Positions 23,649 through 36,658 of a stretch of 64,000 nucleotides of DNA are shown in pieces. This DNA is from Octopus vulgaris. Its lineage: Eukaryota. The stretch lies in assembly GCA_951406725.2 (NCBI GenBank), contig OX597829.1, positions 5,828,001 through 5,892,000 of the forward strand. The letters are read 5' to 3'. Below the pieces are notes generated by a model. The model had not been told where the DNA came from, made no database searches, and was given only the letters and a program-made list of their open reading frames with translations. Each line of letters starts with the position of its first letter. Position 1 is the first letter of the stretch. The position numbers were made by a program, and so were the translations under genes.

Positions 23649-25789
23649 TTCCCAAATCAAACGAGACAGCAAAACCAGAAAACTACAGACCAATAACCTG
23701 TCTCCCTACAATGTACAAGGCATTTACTGCATTGATATCGCAAAGGTTGAACAAGCACCTAGACGAAAACAACCTGTTTCCAGAAGAGCAGAAAGGATGC
23801 CGCAAAGGCTCATACGGCTGTAAAGATCAACTAATGATCAATAAAGCCGTAACTGAAAACAGCCACAGAAAGAAGAAGGATCTCAGTATGGCCTGGATCG
23901 ATGAATGATAATAAGGCGTTTGATAGCATCCCCCACATATGGATCCTCGAAACACTAGCCATTAACAAAGTAGCACCAACTATTATAAAATTCATTGGGC
24001 ACTCTGAATAAATGGCAAACAGTGCTACAGCTCCAAACAAAAGGGGCTCATGAAAACCAAAGCCATCCCCATTAGAAGAGGGATATTCCAGGGAGACACG
24101 CTCTCTCCACTCCTTTTCTGCTTGGCACAGTCACCTCTATCTGATATGCTAAATAGAACTGGATGCGGATATAAATGTTACGGCAAAACGATCAGCCACC
24201 TTTTATATATGGATGACCTAAAACTATACGCTGCAAATGACAAACAGCTGGAAACACTATTAAAGACAGTTCATGGATTTACCAAAGAAATAGATATGAA
24301 ATTTGGATTAGAAAAATGCGCCAAAGCAACCCTGAAAAGAGGAAAACTAGTTAAGAGTAGCAACATCACACTAGATAAAACCAATGAAATAAAAGAATTA
24401 GACCAAAGCCAAACTTACAAATACTTAGGAATCCATGAACTAGATAAGACACAACACACACAAATGAAAGAGAAAATAAAAAAAGAATATTATAGACGAG
24501 TTAGATCAATACTAAAAACAGAGCTCAATGCTAAAAACAAGATAATAAGTATTAACACTTTAGCTGTCCCAGTTATAAGCTACAGCTACAATATCCTTAA
24601 CTGGACACTAAATGAACTGACCAAAATAGATAGGAAAACAAGAAAAATAATGACAGGATCTAGGATGCATCACCCAAAATCTGACATAGAAAGACTATAT
24701 ATACAACGTATAGAAGGTGGTAGAGGCCTTATACAGCTGGAAAACTACTATAAAATACCACCATAGGACTGCAAAAATATCTACTTCAGAAGGAAGGAAA
24801 ACTGATCCAGATAGCGGCAAAGCACGAGCAAAACAAAAAACTGTTCTCAGTGTTTAAGGAAGCTGACAAATACAAACAAGAAATCATACCACCTAACAAA
24901 TATAAAGAAGAAGAAGAAGAAGAAGAAGATGAAGAAACAACAAAAGCTATAAAACAAATGTAATCCAAACTAAAACTAGAACAGCAAAGAACCATGATAA
25001 AACGATGGCAAGAAAAACCCCTTCATGGTAAATACTGGACTAAACTAAATGCAAAAGAAATAGACAAAGAAAAATCCCAGGAATGGTTGAGAAGCTCAGG
25101 ACTCAAAGCAGAGACAGAGGGATTTTTAATTGCAGCACAAGACCAAAGCCTCCCCACCAGAAATTACCAAAAACATGTAATGAAAAGAAATATAACAAGT
25201 AACTGCAGAATATGTGGAGATGGAGAAGAAACAATAAATCATATTATCTCTGGCTGCCCACATTATGCCAACATTATGGAATAACAACAGAAAAAAGATG
25301 GTATAGGCACACACCAGAAAAGGTCACAGAAAACGAGAAAGCAACTATACTCTGGGATATGTCGATACACACAGATAGAGAAATTAAGGTCAACAGACCA
25401 GATATAGTTGTCAGAGATCATGAAGAAAAAAAATGCCTTCTAATTGATGTATCAATACCGGCAGATGACAACGTGTCTCTAAAAGAAATGGAGAAACCTG
25501 GAAATAGAGGTAACTAGAATGTGGAATCTAAAAACGGAAACAATCCCTATCATAGTAGGTGCATTAGGCATGATAAAAAAATATTCAGACAAATACATAA
25601 CAAAAACACCAGGACTTAGAAACACATATAACATACAGAAAATTGCACTACTAGGCACTGCACACATCCTACGCAGAACACTTTCCATACAATAAGCATC
25701 AGAGCATCACAACAAATCACAGCACATACCCAAAGTACACAGAGCTGCGCTCGGTAGTGAAGTGAAAGCACGCGATAAAAAATAAACTA

Positions 25790-25793
<4 letters not shown>
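23649..25793 (+). mobile_element. 5'-truncated R4/Dong-clade LINE (RT, CCHC zinc knuckle, RLE endonuclease), inactivated by frameshifts, inserted in (TAA)n
   Basis: RT motifs NYRPITCLPTMYK, EEQKGCRKGSYGCKDQL, AWID, GIFQGDTLSPLLFCLA, HLLYMDDLKLY and YKYLG. Zinc knuckle CRICGDGEETINHIISGC. RLE motifs ILWDMSIHTDREIKVNRPDIVV and LLIDVSIP, ending ALLGTAHILRRTLSIQ*. (TAA)n on both sides, the known Dong target. Confidence 0.93.
24050..24766 (+). pseudogene. Reverse transcriptase core fragment of the Dong element
   Basis: 238-aa ORF containing QGDTLSP and YMDD, interrupted by frameshifts on both sides. Confidence 0.9.
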
Positions 25794-25860
<67 letters not shown>

Positions 25861-25902
25861 TAGCAATAATAACAATAATAATAATAATTATAATAATAAA
25901 CA

Positions 25903-25985
<83 letters not shown>
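25793..25985. repeat. (TAA)n followed by (TTA)n (head-to-head, mutually complementary tracts)
   Basis: Direct reading: TAA at ~25793-25898 and TTA at ~25908-25985. Confidence 0.9.
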
Positions 25986-25990
<5 letters not shown>

Positions 25991-26032
25991 TGTTGTTGTT
26001 GTTGATACTTTTGTTGGTTTTTATTATAAAGG

Positions 26033-26174
26033 CAGAAAACGAGAAAGCAACTATACTCTGGGATATGTCGATACACACAGATAGAGAAATTAAGGTCAAC
26101 AGACCAGATATAGTTGTCAGAGATCATAAGAAGAAAAAAATGCCTTCTAATTGATGTATCAATACCGGCAGATG
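26033..26174 (+). repeat. ~140-bp near-identical local copy of Dong segment ~25327-25467
   Basis: cagaaaacgagaaagcaactatactctgggatatgtcgatacacacagatagagaaattaaggtcaacagaccagatatag...taccggcagatg occurs at both positions. Confidence 0.9.
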
Positions 26175-26180
26175 CTACTA

Positions 26181-26239
<59 letters not shown>

Positions 26240-26241
<2 letters not shown>

Positions 26242-26372
26242 GGTTTCAAAAGGTCGGCAATCTTGAGGAAGAGGGTCAAGATGATCACATCGACCTCAGT
26301 GTACAAGGGGTACTTAATTTACCAGCCCCGAAAAGATGAGATGCAAACGATTCTGCCAGCTTGCCGCTTTAA
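26240..26372 (-). mobile_element. Internally deleted SINE family B
   Basis: catcgacctcagtg...ccccgaaaagatga...aacgattctgccagcttgccgcttt. Confidence 0.6.
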
Positions 26373-28489
26373 CAATAGCAACAACTAGATTCTCTCTTTA
26401 GGCATACCTTCCTCTCCCTGTGGAAATTGTAATAGGTGTTAAGGGATTGATCAAAGTGTGTTGTGTTAATCTCCTCTCAAGTTCATGTCCACTACACTAT
26501 CTCTTTCACCACAGATACTGGACAGGCAAAAATGCTCGTCCAATATCTGACTTTCAAGCACATATTTTGTTGAAGAAAGTGCATCGTCAATTAAACCGGC
26601 TCTATTATTTGAATGTTGCTTTATTTTCGACTGCAAAAAAAAAAAAAATAATAATAATAAACAAACAAACAAATAAATAAATAAAATAAAATGAAATAAA
26701 AATTACAGTGAAATCTAAATCCTAATGGAACCGAAGTCATTTGGACCTCCTTATCAACTTATTCTACCAATTAACACGTTTTTTTATGAAGATTTCTTAT
26801 ATTGATACCATAGTTGCAACTTTATAACTGCGTATGTTGTGAGCACACGCACGAGCATGGTCAATGAAATTGACTACTGCTCTGTCCCTTTGGAATAGCG
26901 GAAAAAATGTTGGCCGCAGTGGGATTTGAACTCTGTTAATCCTTTCTTAATCGAAGAAAAAGTACGAGTTGCGTGCATATTAACAATAATGCCTTCTCTG
27001 TCTATCTCATTTTCGTATTGACAAATACGCACACACATACAGACACAATTATGCGCATGCACACACACATACACTCGAATGCGCATGCACGCATGCACAT
27101 ATGTTCATGGACGCACGCATACGTATAAAGCTGTTGGTGTTTACAAGGCCACCCAGCCGTGAAATATCTTTCTTCCTTGGTTTAGTTAACACAAGTGTGC
27201 AAGCAGCGTTGCACAGTGTTGTCATTATTCCCCTCTTTCCTATTTACAGTCATTTTTCTCTGGCTGGTGGAACTAATTAGACCCGTCTAAACATAGGAAG
27301 AGAAGAAGTCTGCCGGAAAAATAGACATTAAATCATAATGAAATCACGAGTTCCATGATAATGATGATAATGATGGTTATGATGATTTTCGATGCACGTG
27401 TCCGTCTTGTGCTTAAGCGTGCTGTGTGAGTTTGCGAAAGAGATTGTGTGCATGTGCGGTGTGTTTGTGAATGTGTGTGTGTGTTTGTGTGTGCGTGCGA
27501 TTCCTAAAAATTGCTATGATCTTATTTAACTATTCGCTGACTGAAAACATCAAATCACCGTGAATGTGAAAGAATGGAAAACATCAAAGATGCAACGTTC
27601 AAAACTATCTCAAGTCATTTCATGACACTTTCGACATGATAAAATGTCCACACGACACTTACACACATGCGCGTGCACCTTCACACGCGCGCTCAGAAAT
27701 GGTGTGTGTGTGTACATGTATATGCATACATACAAGCATATACACACAACTCTCTAACACGTACACACACATACACACACATCACCACACAATGAAGATA
27801 TATTTGCGAGGCGCACACCGATTCATAAACGCATTGTTCGCATTTCCTTACTAGTTGTGTGAGTGTAAATATCTGCTTGCATTATGAGGTATTCTGCCGT
27901 AAAGCGAAACAGCTGCAATGAGATCGAGGGTGAAAGCCACTTCCGTGGGCTGGAAGTAGGCTAGTGTTATGTCTGTTTTTGACAATATAGGTGGAGGGGA
28001 AAACTGTGAAAGTGCTAACAGGGAGGAGTGAATGGGCAGTAGATGAGCATGCATGTTCCGCTCATAAATGTATTCATAGGTAATATAACGCCAATCATAA
28101 TACCAAGAATTTTTCTTGTAAGGCATTTCGTATACCTTTATTCGCTGGTGTTGTTCAAACGCGTGACGCTGACCATTCTGATATTTTTCGTAGCTCATTT
28201 TCGCTTCATTCGTTTAAATTACCTCGGTCAGCCATTAATACCTTCTACTCAGTTTTGTGTATTATTGTGCTGATTGCAGTAGAACGATAGTTGAGCTGAT
28301 GACGCTGAACGCGATTCAACTATGTCTACAGCTGTGTAATTTTCTCCCTACAACCAAACTGTCTTTTCCTTGATTGGTATGTCTATTTTGGAGAATTATT
28401 GTTCCTTGAGATTATCTCACTTTCTTATTCGGTGTTGATACAATTTGTAATTGGTTTAATTTATCTGGAAGGGGAGCTAATCTCACGAA

Positions 28490-28603
<114 letters not shown>

Positions 28604-29099
28604 TATATATACATACACACCTACATAGGAAAAGCAGATAGATATTTTTATACCGAAATTAAAATTGCTATTAGGAATATTTTTTTTTTATTATTGCTTA
28701 ACCCTAGGTAAGCTCATACTGCATAAGCTGTTAATGAAAGTGATTCCAGCCCGAACCACTTTGTCGCTTTATGTATTAAACACTACAGTATTTTCCATGC
28801 ACCCCCCCTCCACACACACACATTTGAAATAGAAGGGTGTGAATTCAAGCGTATTTAACTGCTATATTTAACAGGTCGATTAACAACGGAGAGGCTATCT
28901 CGTCAGTTGGCGGAAACCTCATTCCTGGTGAAAAGTAACAATTGAAAATCACCTATCACCCACCCACCAACACCACCACCCATACTCACAAGAATCAAAA
29001 CAAAGAAAAATAAACAATTCGTGTTCGTTGGGAGAGGCTATGGAGACCGAGGAGGCAACGTTACAAATTGTTGGCGAATACACGCACACACACGTCGAC

Positions 29100-30957
29100 G
29101 CACACATACATGCTTACGTATATGAATGTACACACGTATACATGCATACATGCCTACGTGCATACATGTATACATACGTACAACCATATATACAGACATA
29201 CATATAAACATACATTCAAACACACATACAAGCATACACACACATACCTATTTATACATGTATCTATACATTCATACATACATACATACATACATACATA
29301 CATACATACATACATACATACATACATGCATACATGCATACACACACACATACATACATGCATACATACATACACACATACATACATGCATACATACATA
29401 CATACATACATACATACATACATACATACGTACGTACGTACGTACGTACATACATACATGCATACATACATACATACATACATACACACATACATACATA
29501 CATACATACATACATACATACATACATACATACGTACGTACGTACGTACATACATACATGCATACATACATACATACATACATACATACACACATACATA
29601 CATGCATACACGCACATACATATATACATACGTACATACATACATACATACATACGTACATACATACATACATACACACACACATACATACATACATACA
29701 TACATACATTCATACATACATACATACATACGTACATACATACATACATACATACATTCATACATACATACATACATACATACATACGTACATACACGCA
29801 TACATACATGCATACATACATACATACATACATTCATACATACATACATACATACATACATACATACATACATACATACATGCATACATACATACATACA
29901 TACGTACATTCATACATACATACATACATACGTACATACATACATACATACATACATACATACATACGTACGTACGTACGTACGTACATACATACATGCA
30001 TACATACATACATACATACATACATACACACATACATACATACATGCATACACGCACATACATACATACATACATACATACATACATACATACATACATA
30101 CATACGTACGTACGTACGTACATACATACATGCATACATACATACATACATACATACACACATACATACATACATGCATACACGCACATACATATATACA
30201 TACGTACATACATACGTACATTCACACATACACACATACATACGAACATACATACACACACACATACATACATACATGCTTACGTATATGAATATACACA
30301 TGTATACATGCATACATGCCTACGTGCATACATGTATACATACGTACAAACATATATACAGACATGCATATAAACATACATTCAAACACACATACATGCA
30401 TATACATACACACATACGTGCAAGCATACACACACATACCTATTTATACATATATATTTATACATACATATACATACATACATACATACATACATACATA
30501 CATACATACATACATACATACATACATACATACATACATACATACATACATACGTACGTACATACATACATACATACATACATACATACATACATACATT
30601 ACATACATACACACATACATACATGCATACATACATACATACATACATACATACATACATACATACATACATACATACATACATACATACATACATACAT
30701 ACATACATACATACATACATACATACATACATACATACATACATACATACATACATACATACATACATACATACATACACACATACATACATACATACAT
30801 ACATACATACATACATACGTACATACATACACACATACATACATACATACATACATATGTACTTACGTACGTACGTACATACATACATGCATACATACAT
30901 ACATTCATACATACATACATACATACATACACACATGCATACATACATACATACATA
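29100..30957. repeat. ~1.85-kb (TACA)n compound array with internal higher-order duplication
   Basis: Direct reading. The complex block at ~29109-29260 reappears at ~30275-30450. Confidence 0.95.
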
Positions 30958-31829
30958 ATATCACGTAACCGATCCCCGGGTAGATGAGAATGTTAGTCCG
31001 GTGGTGACTGGATTCTTTCTGCGGATGATAGCGATAAGGGTGTTTTGGTGGTGGGTGGTTCTGTTGCTCATGTTGTTAATGATTAAGTTAGGTGGTAGTA
31101 GTGGAGGTGGGGGCAAGACTGTTTCTAAGGCTAATGATGATAATTAAAGTCATTATGAAGATGGTCGTTCTAATTGGGATAACAATAAAATAGCTGTGTT
31201 AAATCTGGTTGATTCGGTGGGAACAATGTTTTATCTTTATTTCCCTGACTTGTATTCATTTACTCTTTTATTTATTAATACAGATGGGATGTTCGTAGTG
31301 CTGGTATTTATGACATTAGAGGAATATGGTAATTGTGTTGCTATTATTTAGCCCGAAATCCTATTAAGAAAGACCGGGGATCAATATTATACGAACCTTA
31401 ACCATCCCATCTTTTTCTTTCTTTTTTCTTTTCTTATAATTTTTGCCTCTAATATACTTAAAACTACATTAGCCCAATGACTTTCCATTTTTAGAACAAC
31501 AGAATGAAATATAAGGGCTATTCGACTGCGATTTCTAGTAAATCGAGCAATCTCTTCAAAGTACGTGTTATCTCATTTATAGGAGGTGACGCGTAGCTAA
31601 TTACAAAAGCAATTGATACCGCCCCACATCAAGCCATCCAAATATGTTCTCCACTCACCATACCCTAACATCGATTGCCAAGCGATGGTGGGGGGACAAA
31701 CACACACACACACACACACGTCGTGTGTGTATATATAAAATAAATAATTAAGATTCAGTTGAGTTAGATACTTAAATTGAGGCACCAAGCCAGTTCAGTA
31801 TAAACCGTACAGCTCGAAGTTAGGTGAAG

Positions 31830-31889
<60 letters not shown>

Positions 31890-32012
31890 ACATACATAAA
31901 GCGAAAGAAGGGAAAGTATATAAAAAGGTGATCAGTGAGTGGATACTGAGGTAGATAGATAGACAGACAGACAGACATATATATATATTCATATATATAT
32001 ATATATATATAT

Positions 32013-32135
<123 letters not shown>

Positions 32136-34403
32136 AACAGTTCCAAAACATTCATATATTCATCTCGCTATTTAGCCTTTCTATCCACATTTACCCTCCA
32201 AATAAAGTGGTGGGATGTGGGAGGATGAGAAGAAAATACTTGAAAAATACGGGGTAGATTTATTTTTTTGTTCACTCTTATCGTGTCGACCTTTCTTCCG
32301 TTCAAATTGGCATAAAAGGGAACCTAGACAACCTCCTATGAACTCCTTACGCCACGTTCTTGTCATTAATGTGTTTTTATCTTACTTATTTTCGCTTGTT
32401 TTTTTTTCCTAATGTTCACTTTTTTTTGTACGTTTCGGAAGGGCGTTGTGTGGAGTGTTTCGTTTGCTGTTTTCTCTTATTTTTTCCGTTCCTTTCCTTT
32501 TTTTTTATTTTATTTATTTTGCGGTGAATGAAGAGTCATTGGTGTTAGCATGAAGTGGGGGTAGGAATAGTGTAGACAGTTGATTTAGATGTTATTGTTG
32601 GTGCCGATGATTTTAATGTCGCCATTGTCATTCTTGATATTCTTGCAGTTTAGGTTTCTATTGCAATCATTGTTATTGCTATTGTTCTTGATTGGGGTCG
32701 AGTTTGTGGTGACAGTGTTGGTTCTTTGGGGAAGGGAGAAAGAAACGGAGGAGAAAGAATGAGAGAGAGAGAGAGAGAGAAATAATGAAAGAGAGAGAGA
32801 GAGAATAAGTAATTGAATGAGGATTGTGGTACTTCAGAAGGAGGGGGCTATAACGATGTAGTGGCTTGGAGAGCATGATAAATAGCCGGAATTAAGTTTA
32901 TAAAATATTAACATTGTATGTTTGCTTTTCTACTTGTTTTTTGTTTTCTATTTTCACATGTTTTTGTTTTCTTTTTGATCTCTGTTTATGTCTAACTGTT
33001 AAGTGACCAGTAAATAACACATATTGTCTGTGTTTATTAATTAGTGAGATAACAAGCATGACTCTATCAAAAAGCAATATCATCTATTTCAATACGTTAT
33101 TTCAGATCCAATTTATTCATCAAAACAGCGATGTATGTGAGAAAAGGTTGCATATTCGAATGAGGTTTTAAAATTTTTTTTTTATCACCAGATTCAGTGA
33201 TTGCGATTTCGCCATGCATCTCATCCAAGGTTAGCTCCGATTCATTAACACGTTCGTTAATTTTTCTTGCGAAATAAAACACCATAAACTGATTTTTCTG
33301 CACATTCTGCAAATGTGCCACATTCAGTTCATTTGATGCATTTATAGCAATTTTCAGATCATCTATAAACTTGCATTAAATTTGCAAATTTTTAAGACAC
33401 TTGCCCATTCTCAACAGATGTAATTTTTGATAATACACGCCACATATTTGTCTTAGGACAATAATAAAGGTTACATGTATCTCAATGCGATTGCTCGATC
33501 TGCTAGAAAGAGCAATCAAACCTCCATTAGCATCTTAAAACACGGAGGTCATAATGGATAATCTTGTCCTAGATAGCTTCTGTCTAAAAGAAGTGAAACG
33601 CTAATGGTTAGAACACCTGTGCTTACAGATTAGTCTGAAAGACTAAACGATGACCACAACATACAATGTATACATTGTATGGCGGTTCTTGTTTTCGCGT
33701 CCTCAGTTGTTTCTGAGAATCGTGCATTTAATTACTGCGTCGTAAGAAATTTCTGACTTAAAAATCAAAAACGAAAAATATTATTATTTAAATAACATCT
33801 GCTACATATCGCAACACATTAATAACACGTCTTTCTTGTTGTTGTTTAGTTTTCAAATCCGATTCGTTGCCACACTATCTGGAACTAGAATATCAATTCT
33901 ATTGGCTATTTCCTGTTTCAAATCTAAGCCCGTCTGAAGAGAACCTTAATGGTGATTCATGTTTGAGATTATCTTTAGAAGCAATGCCTGTCAATCTCAA
34001 ACATTTCAGTTGGTAATATTATTTATATTTTACGACTTCTGATTCATCATCCGCGAAGTATTTCTTTTTATCAGATTAAACTTCATCCATTTCTGAATGA
34101 GTAGGGGTTGGAGGGGTAGTTTGGTGGTGAAACTAACAAGTAAAGATTATTAAGTGTATGATAGATTAGTCATGTAGCTAGTTGAAAAGTAAATGGAAGG
34201 AAAATAAAGTCCAGAAACAAATCCTGGTGTATACACATTTACAAATTACCAGATGGAAAGACAATGTTCTTTAGATGCAAAGACGTATGAATGTATATAT
34301 CAACATACATACATATATACAGAAATACATACATATACACGTACATGTGTAGATATGCAACTATATGCATGAGAATACATACATACATACATACATACAT
34401 ACA

Positions 34404-34437
<34 letters not shown>

Positions 34438-34931
34438 CATACAAACATACATACATACCCTGTTGTTGATGTTGAAATTCCAAAGAAGGAGCCTTGGATC
34501 TAGGTTAGAAACCGGTTCTTTCTCTACTGGCAAGAAATCTTGAAATAAACTGAATTATGAGATACAATAAAGGCAGAGAGACAGACAGACAAGCAGGCAG
34601 GCACAGACACACACACATAAACACAAATATATACGTGACAGGCTTTCATCCAATATCTCTATATCATTTGAATTCCGAAAGTGTTGATCGGCCCAATGAT
34701 ATACAAAGGGGCAAGCATTGCTGTGGGGTTCATTTCAAGCTCTGCTATGGCTTTCGGCTGCAAATGAATGAAAAACAGAAGTTATGATGAGACAGTTGTT
34801 TCGTGTGTATGTGTGTGTGTGTGCGTGCGTGCGTGTGTGCACATACGCTCGCGCAAACACACCCTCATACACATTATACTTAATGATTTAATACACGCAT
34901 ACACACTTGTACGTATGTATGTCTGTATGTT

Positions 34932-35024
<93 letters not shown>

Positions 35025-35026
35025 CA

Positions 35027-35340
35027 TGTGGAGGCGCAATGGCTCAGTGGTTAGGGCAGCGGACTCGCGGTTGTAGGATCGCGGTTTCGATTTCCAGACC
35101 GGGCGTTGTGAGTGTTTATTGAGCGAAAACACCTAAAGCTCCACGAGGCTCCGGCAGGGGATGGTGGCGATCCCTGCTGGACTCTTTCACCACAACTTTC
35201 TCTCACTCTTACTTCTGTTGGCCTACTCGCTTAGCCAGCGGGGTGGCGTCATTTGAAGGCTAAAACAATGCGAAGCGCATTGTGACCGTCGATGTGTAGC
35301 AACATCTGATGGCCTGGTCGGTCACGGTGATCACGGTGAT
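35027..35340 (+). mobile_element. tRNA-derived SINE family C, full length, adjacent to (TA)n
   Basis: Head ggaggcgcaatggctcagtggttagggcagcggactcgcggttgtaggatcgcggtttcgatttcc has an A box (TGGCTCAGTGG) and a B-box-like GTTTCGATTTCC. A ~240-bp non-tRNA body and a (cacggtgat)2 tail follow. Confidence 0.8.
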
Positions 35341-35794
35341 ATATATAACATATCGTGTACATTAAAACACATTAAGAGGCTTCCATCATAGGAAAGCCTT
35401 GCGCTAGAAAGAGCAGTAAACAACTCAAACCACTAATTAGGGATAAATTCTCGAAGGGAAAGAAAATTAAAAACATTTACGATCTAATTTAGTTCCTAGA
35501 TCATGGTTTCTGACTTATTTCAGTAAAACATATTTACTGAGGTCAGTCTTCACCAGTAGGTAGCCTTTATATTTCAAATATACACACAACGAGATTGATT
35601 CCGCATGTAAACTCATTATTTGTATACTCTAACTTTTCAAATCCACCGCGCAGACGCAACTTATTTCCGGCAACAGAGAAGATGCCGGTAAACCTCGAAT
35701 AAATTTATCAAAAATCATTTAAACATAATAAGTAATATTAGGGTAATAAGAATTATAGAAATTTTTATTACCAGTAAATCTTGGGAAAAGTAGT

Positions 35795-36030
35795 ATTATC
35801 ATCATCATCCCCATTTTTATGCTCACGTGGGTAGTAAGGAATTCGTTGAAGCAAGATTTTCTATGGCTTGATGCCTTTTCTGCAACCAGCTGTTCACTGT
35901 TTCCAAGCAAGGTATTATTTCCTCCAGGGGTGCATGTTTTCGTAGAAAAGTGGGAACAAAGAACATCACTTGTATAATGCTGATGGTCGTTTACAACCAC
36001 TGCTCATTGTCAAGACAGACACAAACACGT
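35795..36030 (-). mobile_element. Degenerate SINE/LINE 3' tail of RTE type ending in (GAT)n
   Basis: Minus strand ggttgcagaaaaggcatcaagccatagaaaatcttgc...gatgatgatgat resembles the RTE-related tail motif ggcaacaggaagggcatccagccgtagaaa. Confidence 0.45.
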
Positions 36031-36054
36031 CACATACCTATGTACACTCACACA

Positions 36055-36297
36055 CTTGGGCCCGGGAACAAGGGGTGCAAGCGCAACCCCTAGAATTTTT
36101 GCGTAATGCAGAATCAAGATTTGTGCCCCCTTTTCTGAAGTTTAATAAAAAGTGATCTATAAAAAATAGCTCGAAGTTAGATTTCTTTACAATGGACAAA
36201 GAACAAAAATAAATATAAAATAAACACAATAAGACTTTGTTAAAATTTTGAACCTGGGTTTGAATATCCTATACAAATTTCGATCCCGAGCCACTGC
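36055..36297. mobile_element. Possible MITE with short imperfect terminal inverted repeats
   Basis: Left end ttgggcccgggaac versus right end gatcccgagccactg (reverse complement cagtggctcgggatc); GC-rich ends around an AT-rich interior. Confidence 0.3.
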
Positions 36298-36626
36298 TCA
36301 CACATGTATATGCACGTAAAAATTTATGTATCACCTTCTGTCTTCCAAGCCGTCTGTGTGTGCATTAATGTGTGACCTTGAAGCCGTAAATTTCACTAAA
36401 CATTACCACCAGTGTTACATTATATCTAAAATCAGAACCATGAAACGCAGAATGAAATTTAGTTAAGTTTTCAACTGTCAATAAATTTGATAAAACAGTT
36501 TTGAATATTCTCTTTTCTCTTTCTTGGTTGTGTAATTTTTTTACCCTAACACTCTCTGTAACACACACAAACAAGCTTGCATACACACTCACACACTTAC
36601 ACACAAACACACATACATATATATGC

Positions 36627-36658
<32 letters not shown>

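Noticed and set aside
29068-30987. Long ORFs of 400-544 aa (HTYI/YVCM repeats)
   Set aside because: (TACA)n has no stop codon in most frames, so these are microsatellite artefacts. The same applies at 17.5-18.4, 19.8-20.2 and 50.4-51.1 kb.
33875-33900. CTGAAGA with a short acc/ggt hairpin
   Set aside because: No GAAA or NUH; compatible with chance.
35030-35105. Possible tRNA gene
   Set aside because: It has A/B boxes but no proper acceptor stem, and it continues into a SINE body and tail, so it is a tRNA-derived SINE head.
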